A stretch of 64,000 nt of DNA from Schizosaccharomyces osmophilus (taxonomy: Eukaryota): contig NC_079240.1 of assembly GCF_027921745.1 (NCBI RefSeq), positions 2,046,001-2,110,000 on the forward strand, in the 5' to 3' direction. The notes below the pieces were generated by a model, which saw only the letters and a list, made by a program, of their open reading frames with translations, did no database searches and was not told where the DNA came from. Both the position numbers and the translations under genes were made by a program. Each line of letters opens with the position of its first letter. Within the stretch, counting starts at the first letter, position 1. Positions 52,655 through 63,489 of the stretch are shown piece by piece.

Positions 52655-53922
52655 GCTTATAGGGCACCGTTCGATTCCTCTCGAAAAAATCTATTCAATG
52701 GTATGGTTCAATAACGTCAATACCACTGGGATTTTTGCAGAAAAACCGCTCTAAGTCTTGGCGTTGTTGACTGCAGTCGTCCGTTTTGTGTTTTCCCAGA
52801 GGCAAAACACTTCCACCATCCACCTACTAAAAATTTTGTCGTCCATGGTTCCATCGCCTATGGTGTTGGCAATCACTTACCGAGGTGCTTTCAAGTGCGT
52901 TCAACTGCTTAAGAGCTTGATAAATAGATAAGGAGTACTTGCAAATTTCAGCGAGTATGTAAACAAACGAGATAGTTTGAAAAAGGTTGCTGCTGTATCA
53001 AGATTGAGACGTCTTTCGAACACAGATTTACTTTTCAAAAACGAAATAATAAGAATCCCTGGCATTGAGCGAATCCGTTTCAGAACGAGATACAGTAGGT
53101 TTACTTGAACTTCGATGAGAGTAGACGGTTCTCATACCATACAGCGAATCCTCCAAGTAATTCCCACTTTCTTGTAAAGTATCTTTCACAAACCGCAATT
53201 TCGTGGAACAGAAGTAGCCTGAAAGAGTCATCCATATTTCGTCAGATTTTCAAATTCACAAACCCTTAGGCTTCAAAAGGAAGAGGAAAAGTTTCTGGAA
53301 AATAAACTAAAAAAGTTGTTTCCCTCTGCATAAAATCGAACTTATTTTGGCATTCATTCGTCATTCCTTTCATGGAAATCAAATGATCACAAGACGTGAC
53401 ATTCGAAAACGCTGAAAAAAAGGCAAATAAATAGATTATAATACCTATTCGTATCACATTTCTTAGAATGGAACTTCCTTTCAAGCTCATTCTTTGCCAA
53501 ATTTTCGTTTTCTTCGCTCTCAAGCAAGTGCCTTGTAACGGTTCATAATTTTGAAGCCAGGTAGTTTGTTCTTTTTTCATGAAACAATTGTGTTTCCTTT
53601 TGGATCTACGAAGTGTGTAAACTATCGTTTACCCAGCGTTTCAAAGGACAGTATTTTTGTCGAATGCATTTGAGTTATCAACTGGCTGTAGTTCGTTTTA
53701 ATTCTTTATTTTGTTCTTTCATTTATCAATTCCTTTCAACTTCCATCTTTCGTTGACACCTTTTCAATTCGTGAATATTTGGTAAAGGATAGGTCCCAAC
53801 TGCTTCGACGCACCTTCTCAACTTCCCGAATACGCATCACAAAACGGTGAATTTTTTCGATTTTTAGGCAGAAACAGCTTCTTTCTGTTTCATTACCGCT
53901 GTTATCGGATTTTATTTCCAAA

Positions 53923-54748
53923 ATGGGCCAAAATCAGTCTCAAATTTTTGAGGATTTAATTTCCAACTCTACGTGTATGTTCAAGAAGCTCAATGGCAAT
54001 GGAAAGGGATTATAATAGACCACAATGAGGTTTTTCTATTTCGCTTATGAATCTCTGTGAAAGAAGCTTGATAGAGTTCTTCTTACCATGGTCCAAACAG
54101 GAAGCTTTTCGTGTATTCCTGCCTACCGTTTAGACTCTCCCGCTAATATAGCCATTTTTTAGTTACAAACGAGGAAATTGCTAGAATTCGAAAGCGCTTC
54201 AAGAAGATAGATGCCAACCATTCCGGTTCAATTGACAGAAATGAGTTTTTGTCTATCCCAAGCATCGCAAATAATCCTCTAGCTTCTCGATTATTTTCAG
54301 TTGTTGACGAAGATGGCGGTGGTGATGTTGACTTTCAAGAATTCATTAATAGTCTCTCAGTCTTTTCCATTCATGGTAATAAAGAGGAAAAGCTTCGATG
54401 TATGTTGTGTCTTGTTTAGCTCCATTAAACGTTCCTGCTATAGCTAATTTTCTCGTTTTTAGTTGCTTTCAAAATATATGACATTGACCGTGATGGATAC
54501 ATTTCCAATGGAGAGCTCTTTTTAGTTTTAAAGATGATGGTTGGAAACAATCTTCGCGAAGATCAGCTTCAACAGGTAAGTCTTGCTTTTCTATTTTCTT
54601 TTTTAGATTGCTAATACTTTTTTAGATTGTCGATAAAACAATCATGGAAGTTGATAAGGATTGTGATGGAAAAATCAGTTTCGAAGAGTTTAAGCAAGTC
54701 GTCAGTAACTCCAATGTCACTAGTAGTATGACATTAAACTCTTTTTGA
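53923..54748 (+). CDS. cnb1: Calcineurin regulatory B subunit; exons 53923-53974, 54163-54399, 54463-54575, 54626-54748 (absent from ORF track)
   Basis: MGQNQS myristoylation start; EF-hands [48 protein letters not shown]; canonical introns. Confidence 0.95.
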
Positions 54749-55203
54749 TTTTTCGTTGTTTTCTTTGTTTATTTGCATGATTTGTTGCATAAGCTCTTCG
54801 GTTTTTGGAGTTTTCTGTCTCTTTCCACTGAATTCAATTCCGCTGCATTTCATTTACTCTTAATATTCTGTTTTCCTTCATACCCTCTTTATTAAAATGC
54901 ATGCATCTTAATTTTTTTTTTTTTTTTCTTTTCTTACATAATATTTGCACAAGCTCTATCTTCTGTTTATTTGATGAGTAGCTGAGTTACACAACGTTTA
55001 TAAACTTGTCGTTATGGCTTTTATTTTCGTCGCAGCTTTGATTCGGAATGAAGAACATTTTTACAAGATTTATGATTACCACTCCCTCGATTACAAAAAA
55101 AAACCAAAAAAAAAAAAAAAAAAAGAAACCTTCTAGGTAAAGCGAAATAGTCAATAGTAATAATGCGAAATGTTATTATTATTTTTATATACCATAAAAA
55201 TTA

Positions 55204-55237
55204 TTAATTTGTCATGCGCTTTAATTTGTCATGCGCT
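55204..55237. repeat. Perfect 17-bp tandem duplication (TTAATTTGTCATGCGCT x2)
   Basis: Directly visible in the cnb1/psi1 convergent intergenic region. Confidence 0.9.
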
Positions 55238-55616
55238 TAAAGACATGGATTCTATTAGAGTAAAATATTTTAATTATATCATTAGACGGTTCTCATAAAT
55301 TTGAGGTGCATGAAGTAGATGTAGGACTGCCAACTATTATAAATAGCCGAACAAAAACAAAATGGGCTGTTGGAATGAAAAATATTTTAAGGATTTTATC
55401 ACGCAACGTATACCATCCTTTGGAGTTGAGAAAGAGAGACATTAAGGGAGATATTAAAAGGCTTCTGAGAAAAAATCTAGAGACGGGTTCAACAAAACTT
55501 TTATCCAAACAAAAAACATAAACTTACGGGTAATATCTTCCAAAGACGGAGAACAACAACCCTTTAAGTATTGAAAAAAAGAAGGAAAGGATAGCTTAAA
55601 CACCCACTCGGGGTTC

Positions 55617-56720
55617 TTAAAAAGCTTCCGCAGCAGCCTTTTGTTCAGCAGACAGATTTGAAGGAACTTTCACCTTGCATTCAATAATCATGTTACCACG
55701 TTGACTAGGTGTCTTTGGCAAGGGCATACCGAATCCTGGATATTTGATCTCATAACCAGGTTGGGTGGGAAGAGAAGACGAAACTTTCAATCTCTTGCCA
55801 TCAATAGTAGTGATTTGCTTAGTGAAGCCAAGCAAAGCCTCTTTAAGAGTAAGTTCAATAGACATGCGAAGATCGTCGCCTTGGCGAGTAAAAACGGGAT
55901 GGGGCTTTTCACCTAGAACAAATTGGATATCTTGAACTGACCCATCGGGTTTTTCATCGCCTTCACCGGCAAATTTAACCTTGGTGCCTGGTTTCCAGCC
56001 AGGCTTGATATTAACTTCTAAGATTCGGTCTGCCTTTACGGAAGAACCCGAGGCAGCAAGAATTCGTCTAGTAATTTTGAGTTTCTTTGTACAACCGGTG
56101 TAAAGCTCTTCAAGGGAAATGTTGAGAGGACGGGTTACAACTTCGTTTTGAGGAGGAGGACCACGAGGTCTAGCACCACCAAAGGAAGAACGAGCACTGG
56201 GTTTGGGCCGAGCACCGCCGCCGCCAAACATGCTAGCGAATCCACCCGGCATGCCACCGCCGAATCCGCCATCCATATCCATGTCTTCATCCATTCCGCC
56301 TCCGCCTCCGCCAAAGGCATGTCCGAAGACACGTTCAAAGATATCGTTGGGATCACTGGCATTGAAGAATTGAGAACCTCCTCCAGGACCGCCGCCCATA
56401 TTGAAGTGGAAGGTGCGAGCACCACCACCTCCTCCCGGGAAGCCGCCAAATCCAGCGCCAGCACCAGCGCCAGGACCGGCGTCTCCTCCAGGAGGTGCAG
56501 CATTCCCTTCAGTAATACCAAACTGATCATACATCTTTCTGCGTTGAGGGTCACTCAGAATTTCGTACGCCAAGGAAATTTCTTTGAACTGTTGCTCACC
56601 ATTTGGATTCTTATCCGGATGATACTTCAAGGCCAGCTTCCGGTATGCCTTTTTGAGATCCGATTCGTTGACATCCGGACTAACCTTTAAGACATCGTAC
56701 AATTTTGTATCTGCTACCAT
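55617..56720 (-). CDS. psi1: Type II Hsp40 (Sis1-like DnaJ)
   Basis: J domain with HPD, G/F- and G/M-rich linker, [10 protein letters not shown]-terminal domain. Confidence 0.93.
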   Translation of the reverse strand: MVADTKLYDVLKVSPDVNESDLKKAYRKLALKYHPDKNPNGEQQFKEISLAYEILSDPQRRKMYDQFGITEGNAAPPGGDAGPGAGAGAGFGGFPGGGGGARTFHFNMGGGPGGGSQFFNASDPNDIFERVFGHAFGGGGGGMDEDMDMDGGFGGGMPGGFASMFGGGGARPKPSARSSFGGARPRGPPPQNEVVTRPLNISLEELYTGCTKKLKITRRILAASGSSVKADRILEVNIKPGWKPGTKVKFAGEGDEKPDGSVQDIQFVLGEKPHPVFTRQGDDLRMSIELTLKEALLGFTKQITTIDGKRLKVSSSLPTQPGYEIKYPGFGMPLPKTPSQRGNMIIECKVKVPSNLSAEQKAAAEAF

Positions 56721-57022
56721 TTTAACAGATATCCAACAATCAAATAAACTATATCAACACGATGCCAATGACAATTATAAAATAAACAAGAAAGTATGAA
56801 AACAACTTTCGCGACGGGAAAGAAGAAATCAAAAATCAATCAAAACAAGCCGAAATACAACGGGGAAAAAAGGAAATCAGGTGTTTAAGGTTGGGTAAAT
56901 CAGAATATGTATCAATAACAATAGATTTTTTATTCCTTGTAACACTTGCGGGTTGTATGCAGAGGATAAAATGAATGGAATAAGGCAGTATTTTTGTACC
57001 TAATATATAGAAAGTGACGAAA

Positions 57023-57040
57023 TACTAGAAGTTTCGAGTA
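57023..57040. promoter_or_regulatory. Imperfect heat-shock element upstream of psi1
   Basis: TACtaGAAgtTTCgaGTA (nGAAnnTTCn core) just upstream of a TATA-like sequence. Confidence 0.4.
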
Positions 57041-57677
57041 ATAGCGAGAAACATCCATGGTGTGAGACCAAACAGTAACGTTACTTAGTGCTATCCGTAA
57101 AATACACAAAAGTAAATTGTGTAATCCTGGGGTATTATCTTATATAAACTTTCAGTTTCTAACGCATTTCACTATTTCACTATGAAATGACAAAGTTTCC
57201 ATAACTTTGTAGAGATACACACTATGGGTGACTGCAGGTGGTTTGGTTTCTCTTTAAAACCTTCATTTACTTTTCATAAAATTTACAAACATTAAACTCT
57301 CTAACTCTTCTTCAAAATGGTGTTGTTTGGAAAGAAAACCCTTAGACATGGGTCAAGCTGGTACTTTGCGAAAGTTTTCCTCATGCCAAATATCTCTGTT
57401 GCAAGCGAAGAAATGAATATTATCATTGGAGAAGGGTTCGTAGTTTCTAATTTATATTTTATGTATAGTTATAAGGACCAACGGTTGAAAACATGTCGTC
57501 CACATCCCAATAGTCCATATGCTTTCAATTGGTATTTACATCTTAAAGCAAACAAACTAGGGGATAAAAATTCCATAAAAAAGAATAAAGTAACTAGATT
57601 ACGTATTTCCAAAACTACCGGAAATGAAATCTTTGTATGCCGATTCGTACACGACTAGCATCCTTCACGACAGCCAT

Positions 57678-58454
57678 TTAAAGGTTGTGGGGGATGTCGG
57701 TAGAAGTGGTCTTGGCATAGGGAGCGGCGCCAGTAGTGTGGGAGGTATTGGCATGAGAAGCTTGCTTGCACATACGAAGAACGTGAGGAGTAATGTAAGG
57801 ACGAATTACATAGTTGTAGACAATGGCAGCACCATTGAACTTGGGCAAAGCCAACCATAAGAGGAAGACAGCCTTAATGAGCCAGTAGAAAGCTAATCGA
57901 GCACGTTAGTATATGAGTCATTCAAGAAACATCCACTCGGCTATTTTACTTACGGACATAGTAAAGAATCAAATTGGACCAGTATTCAATAACGTTCATG
58001 AAAGAAGTGATCAAATAGTAGGTGAGCCACTGAGTGTCATCAGACTTGTTTGTGGTTTCAATGGCATGAATACTGAAGAAAGCTGGCATACCAAAGGCCA
58101 AGAGATTTGTCAAGATAGGGCCACCCATGTTTAAAATCAAAAATAAAAAGTAAACACCAGCTAAGCCTAAAACGACGTAAAGCTTGCTGACACCAACAGT
58201 TTTTTCTAGCTTATTAAGTTGAGGAAAGGAGCTCAACTACAAATCTGCATTAGTTTTTCACATCTACTAACGACAAGGCAGAACCCCGGAACCGCTTCTC
58301 GTTGAAAACTAACCCAAATTCGAGATTTCTAAGTATCCATCATACTCGAAAAGCGTCTTGATTCCAAATTTGATGGGGTTCTCTAAGCATACAAGCCACT
58401 TACTCTTTGGTCCAAATCCTCCATTTGTTGCTTTACGCGAACCTGCATAGACAT
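57678..58454 (-). CDS. yop1: ER-shaping REEP/DP1 protein, 3 exons
   Basis: DDTQWLTYY, FYWLIKAVFLLWLALPKFNGA; stop TAA at 57678-57680. Confidence 0.92.
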
Positions 58455-59353
58455 ATTGATACTTTTATAAGAAGCCTTTTGTTTCAAACACAAAAAAACT
58501 CAGTCTTCTCTTGGAAAAACTAAAGGATTTCTTTTACTAAAGTGGTTGGTAAATGTTAGGGATACCATATAAAAGAATCTCTGACTAGACACGGCTCAAC
58601 GTCATGATGAGCTAAATAGCGGAATTTTGTGGAGTCTGCTATCGTACTTTATTTGAACATTTGATGTATCGTTGGGCATCTCTAATTCCAAATGCAAGTT
58701 TTTCAGGCCAGTGCTTTTGATTTCTTTCTCGTGAAACATTAGAAACGAGTTTTGTAGTGATTCTTTAGTTTTAAAATTTTATAATTAGTTAACTTTTTCT
58801 CTCAAGTTGTTGTTGGAATTGTTTGTTTGTTTTGAGAAGCAAGTTGAGGATGTGGTTGCTTTTGTCGGTAAACAAAGCCCATAACATTCTGGCTGTTTGT
58901 GTTTTTCCTTGGGTCGTTTGACTATATCACAGTATAGGCTTCTCACCTGCAATTCTTTCTGCAAATCAAGGTTGGAAGAAAGCTATTTACATCTCCCATT
59001 CTTCTGTAACCAAACCGGCTATCCTCGATGAGCTTTCGCTCATTTAAGCACTATTACACCAAACTTTAGATAAAAAGAGAAAAATAGCTCATTAAGGAAG
59101 TAAGTCTTTTCATAACCCTCTTCCTACATACCCTTGTTTTACAGCATTCTTTCTTTTTCTTTTCCTTTTCAGCCTGTTACCCAGACAGTAACAACGAAGT
59201 AACCAACGCCAAATGACCGAGCAAATGTTGAAATCTTCATTATTCAATTAAGGAAAAAGAAACAAAATATTAAAGATTATTGCATTTATCGTAAATCAAA
59301 CTACACAGCTGATAAACCAGTTATTCCATTGGAAACATTGGCTATGCAGAAAC

Positions 59354-59436
59354 ATGCTCAGGACATTTCTCCTTAACAAACACAACGCTGCAACTCTTCT
59401 CTTCTACCCAATTGCGAACCCTTTTCATCACCCATT
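59354..59436 (-). ncRNA. Candidate box C/D snoRNA
   Basis: Perfect box C GTGATGA (59431-59425) and box D CTGA (59361-59358), short terminal stem, internal 15-nt complementarity to recalled 18S rRNA sequence. Confidence 0.6.
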
Positions 59437-59668
59437 TCCTACCTACGATACACATTACAAACAAAAGAATCAATGACAATTACTTTCATACCCCTTTTAC
59501 ATACAAACTACACAAATAGAAGCGTATGGATTACAAATCCACAACGCTCCGTCGTGTTCACTGTTCAAAATGATAATTATTGTTTTCTAACTTCAGAATC
59601 CTATTTCTGTACACATTCGTAAATCTGATTCAATTAGTAAAAAATTAAAAAATTAAAAAAGCGATAGA

Positions 59669-59783
59669 TGCTCCATCAGTGTAACTATGACAAAACTGTT
59701 ATCACTGCAAGAAGGCAACCAAAACGGCTACCCCGTAAACCTTGCTATACAATTTGGGTATATTTCTTGCATCCTCTGAAGCA
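59669..59783 (-). ncRNA. Box C/D snoRNA, snR63/SNORD46(U40/U46)-like, predicted to guide 25S helix-69 Am (S. cerevisiae A2256 equivalent)
   Basis: Guide GTCATAGTTAC-A-CTGA complementary to LSU GUAACUAUGAC; 7-bp terminal stem TGCTTCA/TGGAGCA; degenerate box C AGGATGC; C'-like GTGATAA. Confidence 0.85.
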
Positions 59784-59885
59784 AACATTTACATTTCGCT
59801 GTACAAAGTATTTCTTACCTTTCATAAACAAAATAATTTTTGTGTCTATTACCTAGCTGGTTTCAGCTTGTAAAGATTGTTTCCA

Positions 59886-59909
59886 TATATATATATAAGT
59901 TTGTGACTG
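59886..59909 (-). promoter_or_regulatory. HomolD box (CAGTCACA) plus TATA-like run upstream of the putative snoRNA host transcript
   Basis: TGTGACTG at 59902-59909 on +; (TA)n at 59886-59897. Confidence 0.6.
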
Positions 59910-60159
59910 CTTCTAGATTGGATTCAATTTTTTTTCACACGTAAACAAATAAACAAAAGGAAAATTCATAGTCTCGGATTTCTGAATTGAGAGAGGTAAA
60001 AATCCACTTTAGAAAGGATGTAAACTTCCTTTTTTAAAAAAAAAAATAAAAAAATATTAAATTAAAAACCTTGCTTTTCCATAAAGCTGTTTCAACACAC
60101 TTGCCAAACACTAGAAACAATAGTTTTACAACCAAAATGTCAACAAGTGCCCATTGTAA

Positions 60160-60582
60160 TTAGACAGTTTGAACAACGTCGTTTAGACTAGAAAGTTGAC
60201 GGACTTCTGTAGCATTTCTATCAATAGCAGCTAACTCTGCCTTTTTTATTGTTCCAGAGACACGTACAACACGAATTACAACTGGCTTGCCATTGAGTTC
60301 TCTTAAAAAGCACAAAGCAGCCCATGCTAGTCGAAAATGCTGCCTTGAAACCCGTAGAATTCCTGTAGAAGTCGAAGGTGAAAAGTATTTTACTGACAAG
60401 CTCGATGCCACCTTGCCAATTCCAACGTCTCCAAAGTTTTCTGCTATTGTATTTCTTAATAATTTAGATAAACCCGACGAAGTGATGGCATTATCTGAAG
60501 GAATCGTTGAAAATTCGTGAAATTGTTTGTCTTGTGGATACAGTACTTCAAACAATAGATATCGAGATTTGAAACGTACCAT
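60160..60582 (-). CDS. pop5: RNase P/MRP subunit Pop5
   Basis: MVRFKSRYLLFEV, NFGDVG, VKYFSP.T.TGILR, VSGTIKKAE. Confidence 0.93.
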   Translation of the reverse strand: MVRFKSRYLLFEVLYPQDKQFHEFSTIPSDNAITSSGLSKLLRNTIAENFGDVGIGKVASSLSVKYFSPSTSTGILRVSRQHFRLAWAALCFLRELNGKPVVIRVVRVSGTIKKAELAAIDRNATEVRQLSSLNDVVQTV

Positions 60583-60921
60583 TGGGCTCCTTCTTTTTCT
60601 TATTGTGTAAAAAAGGCGTTACAAACGAATACGAGGAAGGCTAATGTCAAATTTTGAAGTTAAGTGCTCTAGTTATGGAGCATGGTTCATGCAAGGAGAA
60701 TCTGATATCGCTTGAAAAAATACACCTGACTATTTTTTTAGAAATTGTTTTAGTGAATTCTTTGATTGAATAGCTTCATTTTCTCTTCTTTGCATATCCC
60801 TGGAATCGTTCTTTCATTTTTCTTCTGTCCAAAACCAAAGCATCTTCATCCACGTTGCCGGCTTCTTCCAGCGTTTCGGTTTAGAAAATAAAATTTCCAT
60901 CAGATTTTCATTTGAATCATC

Positions 60922-61972
60922 ATGCCTGGTATGTTTTTATGAGTTTTTAGGCGGTGGGTTTTTCTTCAGAAGGAACCATTCGTGAAAAATCCTTGAGCGT
61001 CATTGTCTTACAAAATCTTGAAATTCTTCTAACAGTTTTCTATAATTCAGCTCCAAGATCTATTTTGTTTGTAACTGGAAACAAACACAAGCTTGCTGAT
61101 GTTACCAGCATTCTTGGCAGCGAGTTTGAAATCAAAAATCACAGTTATGATTGTATGCGTGGTTCGTATATTTAAGATTCGGAATGTAACCATTGTGTTA
61201 GTGCCTGAAATACAGGGAAGTCTCCAAGATATAGTTACAGAAAAGTGCAAGGCTGCTGCTGAAATCGTAAGTAGAAGATGACTTTGCCTGGGTTCCAAGT
61301 TTTCAGACAATGATTCTATTATCTCTTTCCTTCCTTCATTGTTTTTGCGATGAATTTGTGAAATCTCAGACCCAAATGATTTGGAGTTAACACCCTTTCC
61401 TTAGGTTCAAGGTCCTGTATTGACAGAAGATACATGGCTTTCTTACAACGCTATGAACGACCTTCCTGGGCCTTATATGTACGTACCAAAAAAGAGAGAA
61501 CTATATGAATATAAAATATTTGGCTTTTGTATTAACTTGTTTACAGTAAATGGTTTTTGAACAGCATTGGCTGTGATGGTAAGTTACTTTGCAAGAACTA
61601 TGTTACTTTCTATATATGCTAATACTAATACCATGCAGGCCTGTATCATATGTTGGATGGCTTTTCTACCAAAGAAGCCAAAGCTGGCTGTACCTTTGGC
61701 TATACCGAAGGACCCGGAAAGCCTATCCACATGTTTGATGGTATCTTACACGGTGAAGTTGTCGCTCCTCGAGGTGATAAGGGTTTTGGTTGGAATGCGA
61801 TTTTCCAGGTATGTATTCAAGCCATGAAAAACAAATTTAGCTGACCAGTTGTGTTTAGCCCAATGGTCATGAAAAGACTTATGCAGAGATGGATGACGAT
61901 GAAAGAAATGCCTGTAGCCATCGTTTCCTTGCTGCTATGAAGCTCCGTGACTTCTTACAGTCCCAGTTCTAA
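60922..61972 (+). CDS. ham1: ITP pyrophosphatase (Ham1/ITPA), 7 exons
   Basis: [47 protein letters not shown]. Confidence 0.92.
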
Positions 61973-62949
61973 TGGGCTTCTAAAGGATTTCAAAAACTCC
62001 TTTTTATTTTCAACGGAAAGCAGACTTTTGTTTTAGAATTATTATAGAAACTTTTTGGTTACCCGTACAAGAACGGGCTGTTTTTGCAATGAATTAACTT
62101 TTTCAGCTTGCTATTAAGAAATTGCGTGCATTAGAGACTTCAGTCTTCCAGACTTAACTACTTTGAACGTAAAGATATAGGCAAAAAAGCAAGTATACGT
62201 TTTCGCACTATTCTTACTTCACAGTTTTACACTCCAGGTACAGCTATTAGTTGATGCGTCCTACTTTTGATATACAATTAAACTGCGCTCTCTTCCTACT
62301 ATGGTATTACTTCGTCGGTGTCGTTGCAAGTACCAGAACTTGAAATTTCCAATTGCACTATATCCTTTTGTTGCTACCAAAGAATAGGATAATCTTATCC
62401 GCTAACATAGTTGCTTAGCTTTGCTTTTTTTTTCGTTTTCTTTATGAATTGATACTCGCCAAGTTTATTCCAAAGAAATTCGGTTTGCAAGATAAGTTTC
62501 CAGTGGAAACATCGCTTTCACATTTCAACCGATTTCGGAGCTTATTCTATATTTGGTATAAAAACGATCTTGGTATTTTCTGTGGGCAACAATAATTTAT
62601 TGCATCTTACGTTCAACTGAATTCGTAACGACATGGTTCAAGCTCAACAACATTGATAGCCCTACCCTGATGGTATCATTGGAATTAAAAATCCCAGGTA
62701 TTTTGATGGCCAAAAAGACTTGTCTTTTCTTATTGAAGTCATAAATACGTTCACCGAAGATGATCATATTTGATTTCATGGAAAACTGACAAACGTCGGT
62801 TTGTTAAATACCAAATCGTCGCTTTTCAATTAAGAACATAGGTTTATATACATTGTCAATCCAATTGATTCGGCGACTCGATTTCCTTAAACTTTTGTGG
62901 TGTTCTTATCGCATCTTTCTCATTCTGTTTGCTATTTTAAACATTTGTT

Positions 62950-63489
62950 ATGTATGCCTCTAGGTCTTCTTTACGAAGCTCGATTGATAATCTTGACTGG
63001 ATCGACCTTGCAGATGCCATGGAAAGTACCTTTGGGTCTCCAGTACCTTCGCCGAATACAGAAGCTCCGCCACAAGAAAAGTACAAAGAAAGAAGCGAAA
63101 GACAGAGCTCATTTTCATCCACATCTGGACACGAAATACAGCCCCCAACAACCAATTCTAATTCCACTTCAAAGTCCATTCTGGCCTGGATCCATTTTTT
63201 CGTAACGGGCGGGATTTTCACTTTGATGATTGTCAGCTTTGCTGATATTTACCACATGTTTCGATTCAAAGAAAAGCTTTTCATACGTTATATGACGTCC
63301 GGGCGACTTGAGTTTTTTTCTTGCGGCATTGTTTTACTTGGCTTGTATATAGCAATTCTTTGTAAGCGAGTTCTATTTTTATACAAGATGCATTTACTAA
63401 CGAATATCTCTTTATATAGGGGGTCTATTGGTTTCTTACGTCGAAATACTGGAAGCAGAAGAGCTAAGTCGAAATCGACTTCTCTATAA
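62950..63489 (+). CDS. Uncharacterised membrane protein with a disordered N-terminus and two predicted TMs; probable 75-nt intron 63345-63419
   Basis: Intact ORF; hydrophobic segments ILAWIHFFVTGGIFTLMIVSF and FFSCGIVLLGL|GSIGFL; GTATAT...TACTAAC...TAG. Confidence 0.65.
   Translation: MYASRSSLRSSIDNLDWIDLADAMESTFGSPVPSPNTEAPPQEKYKERSERQSSFSSTSGHEIQPPTTNSNSTSKSILAWIHFFVTGGIFTLMIVSFADIYHMFRFKEKLFIRYMTSGRLEFFSCGIVLLGLYIAILCKRVLFLYKMHLLTNISLYRGSIGFLRRNTGSRRAKSKSTSL

Noticed and set aside
59203..59376. ATG-less open frame on the + strand in the yop1-pop5 gap
   Set aside because: Preceded by an in-frame stop; the region is better explained by the minus-strand snoRNA host.
62950..63489. wtf meiotic driver gene
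   Set aside because: Too few exons and TMs, no PY motifs, and no adjacent 5S rDNA or LTR in the window.
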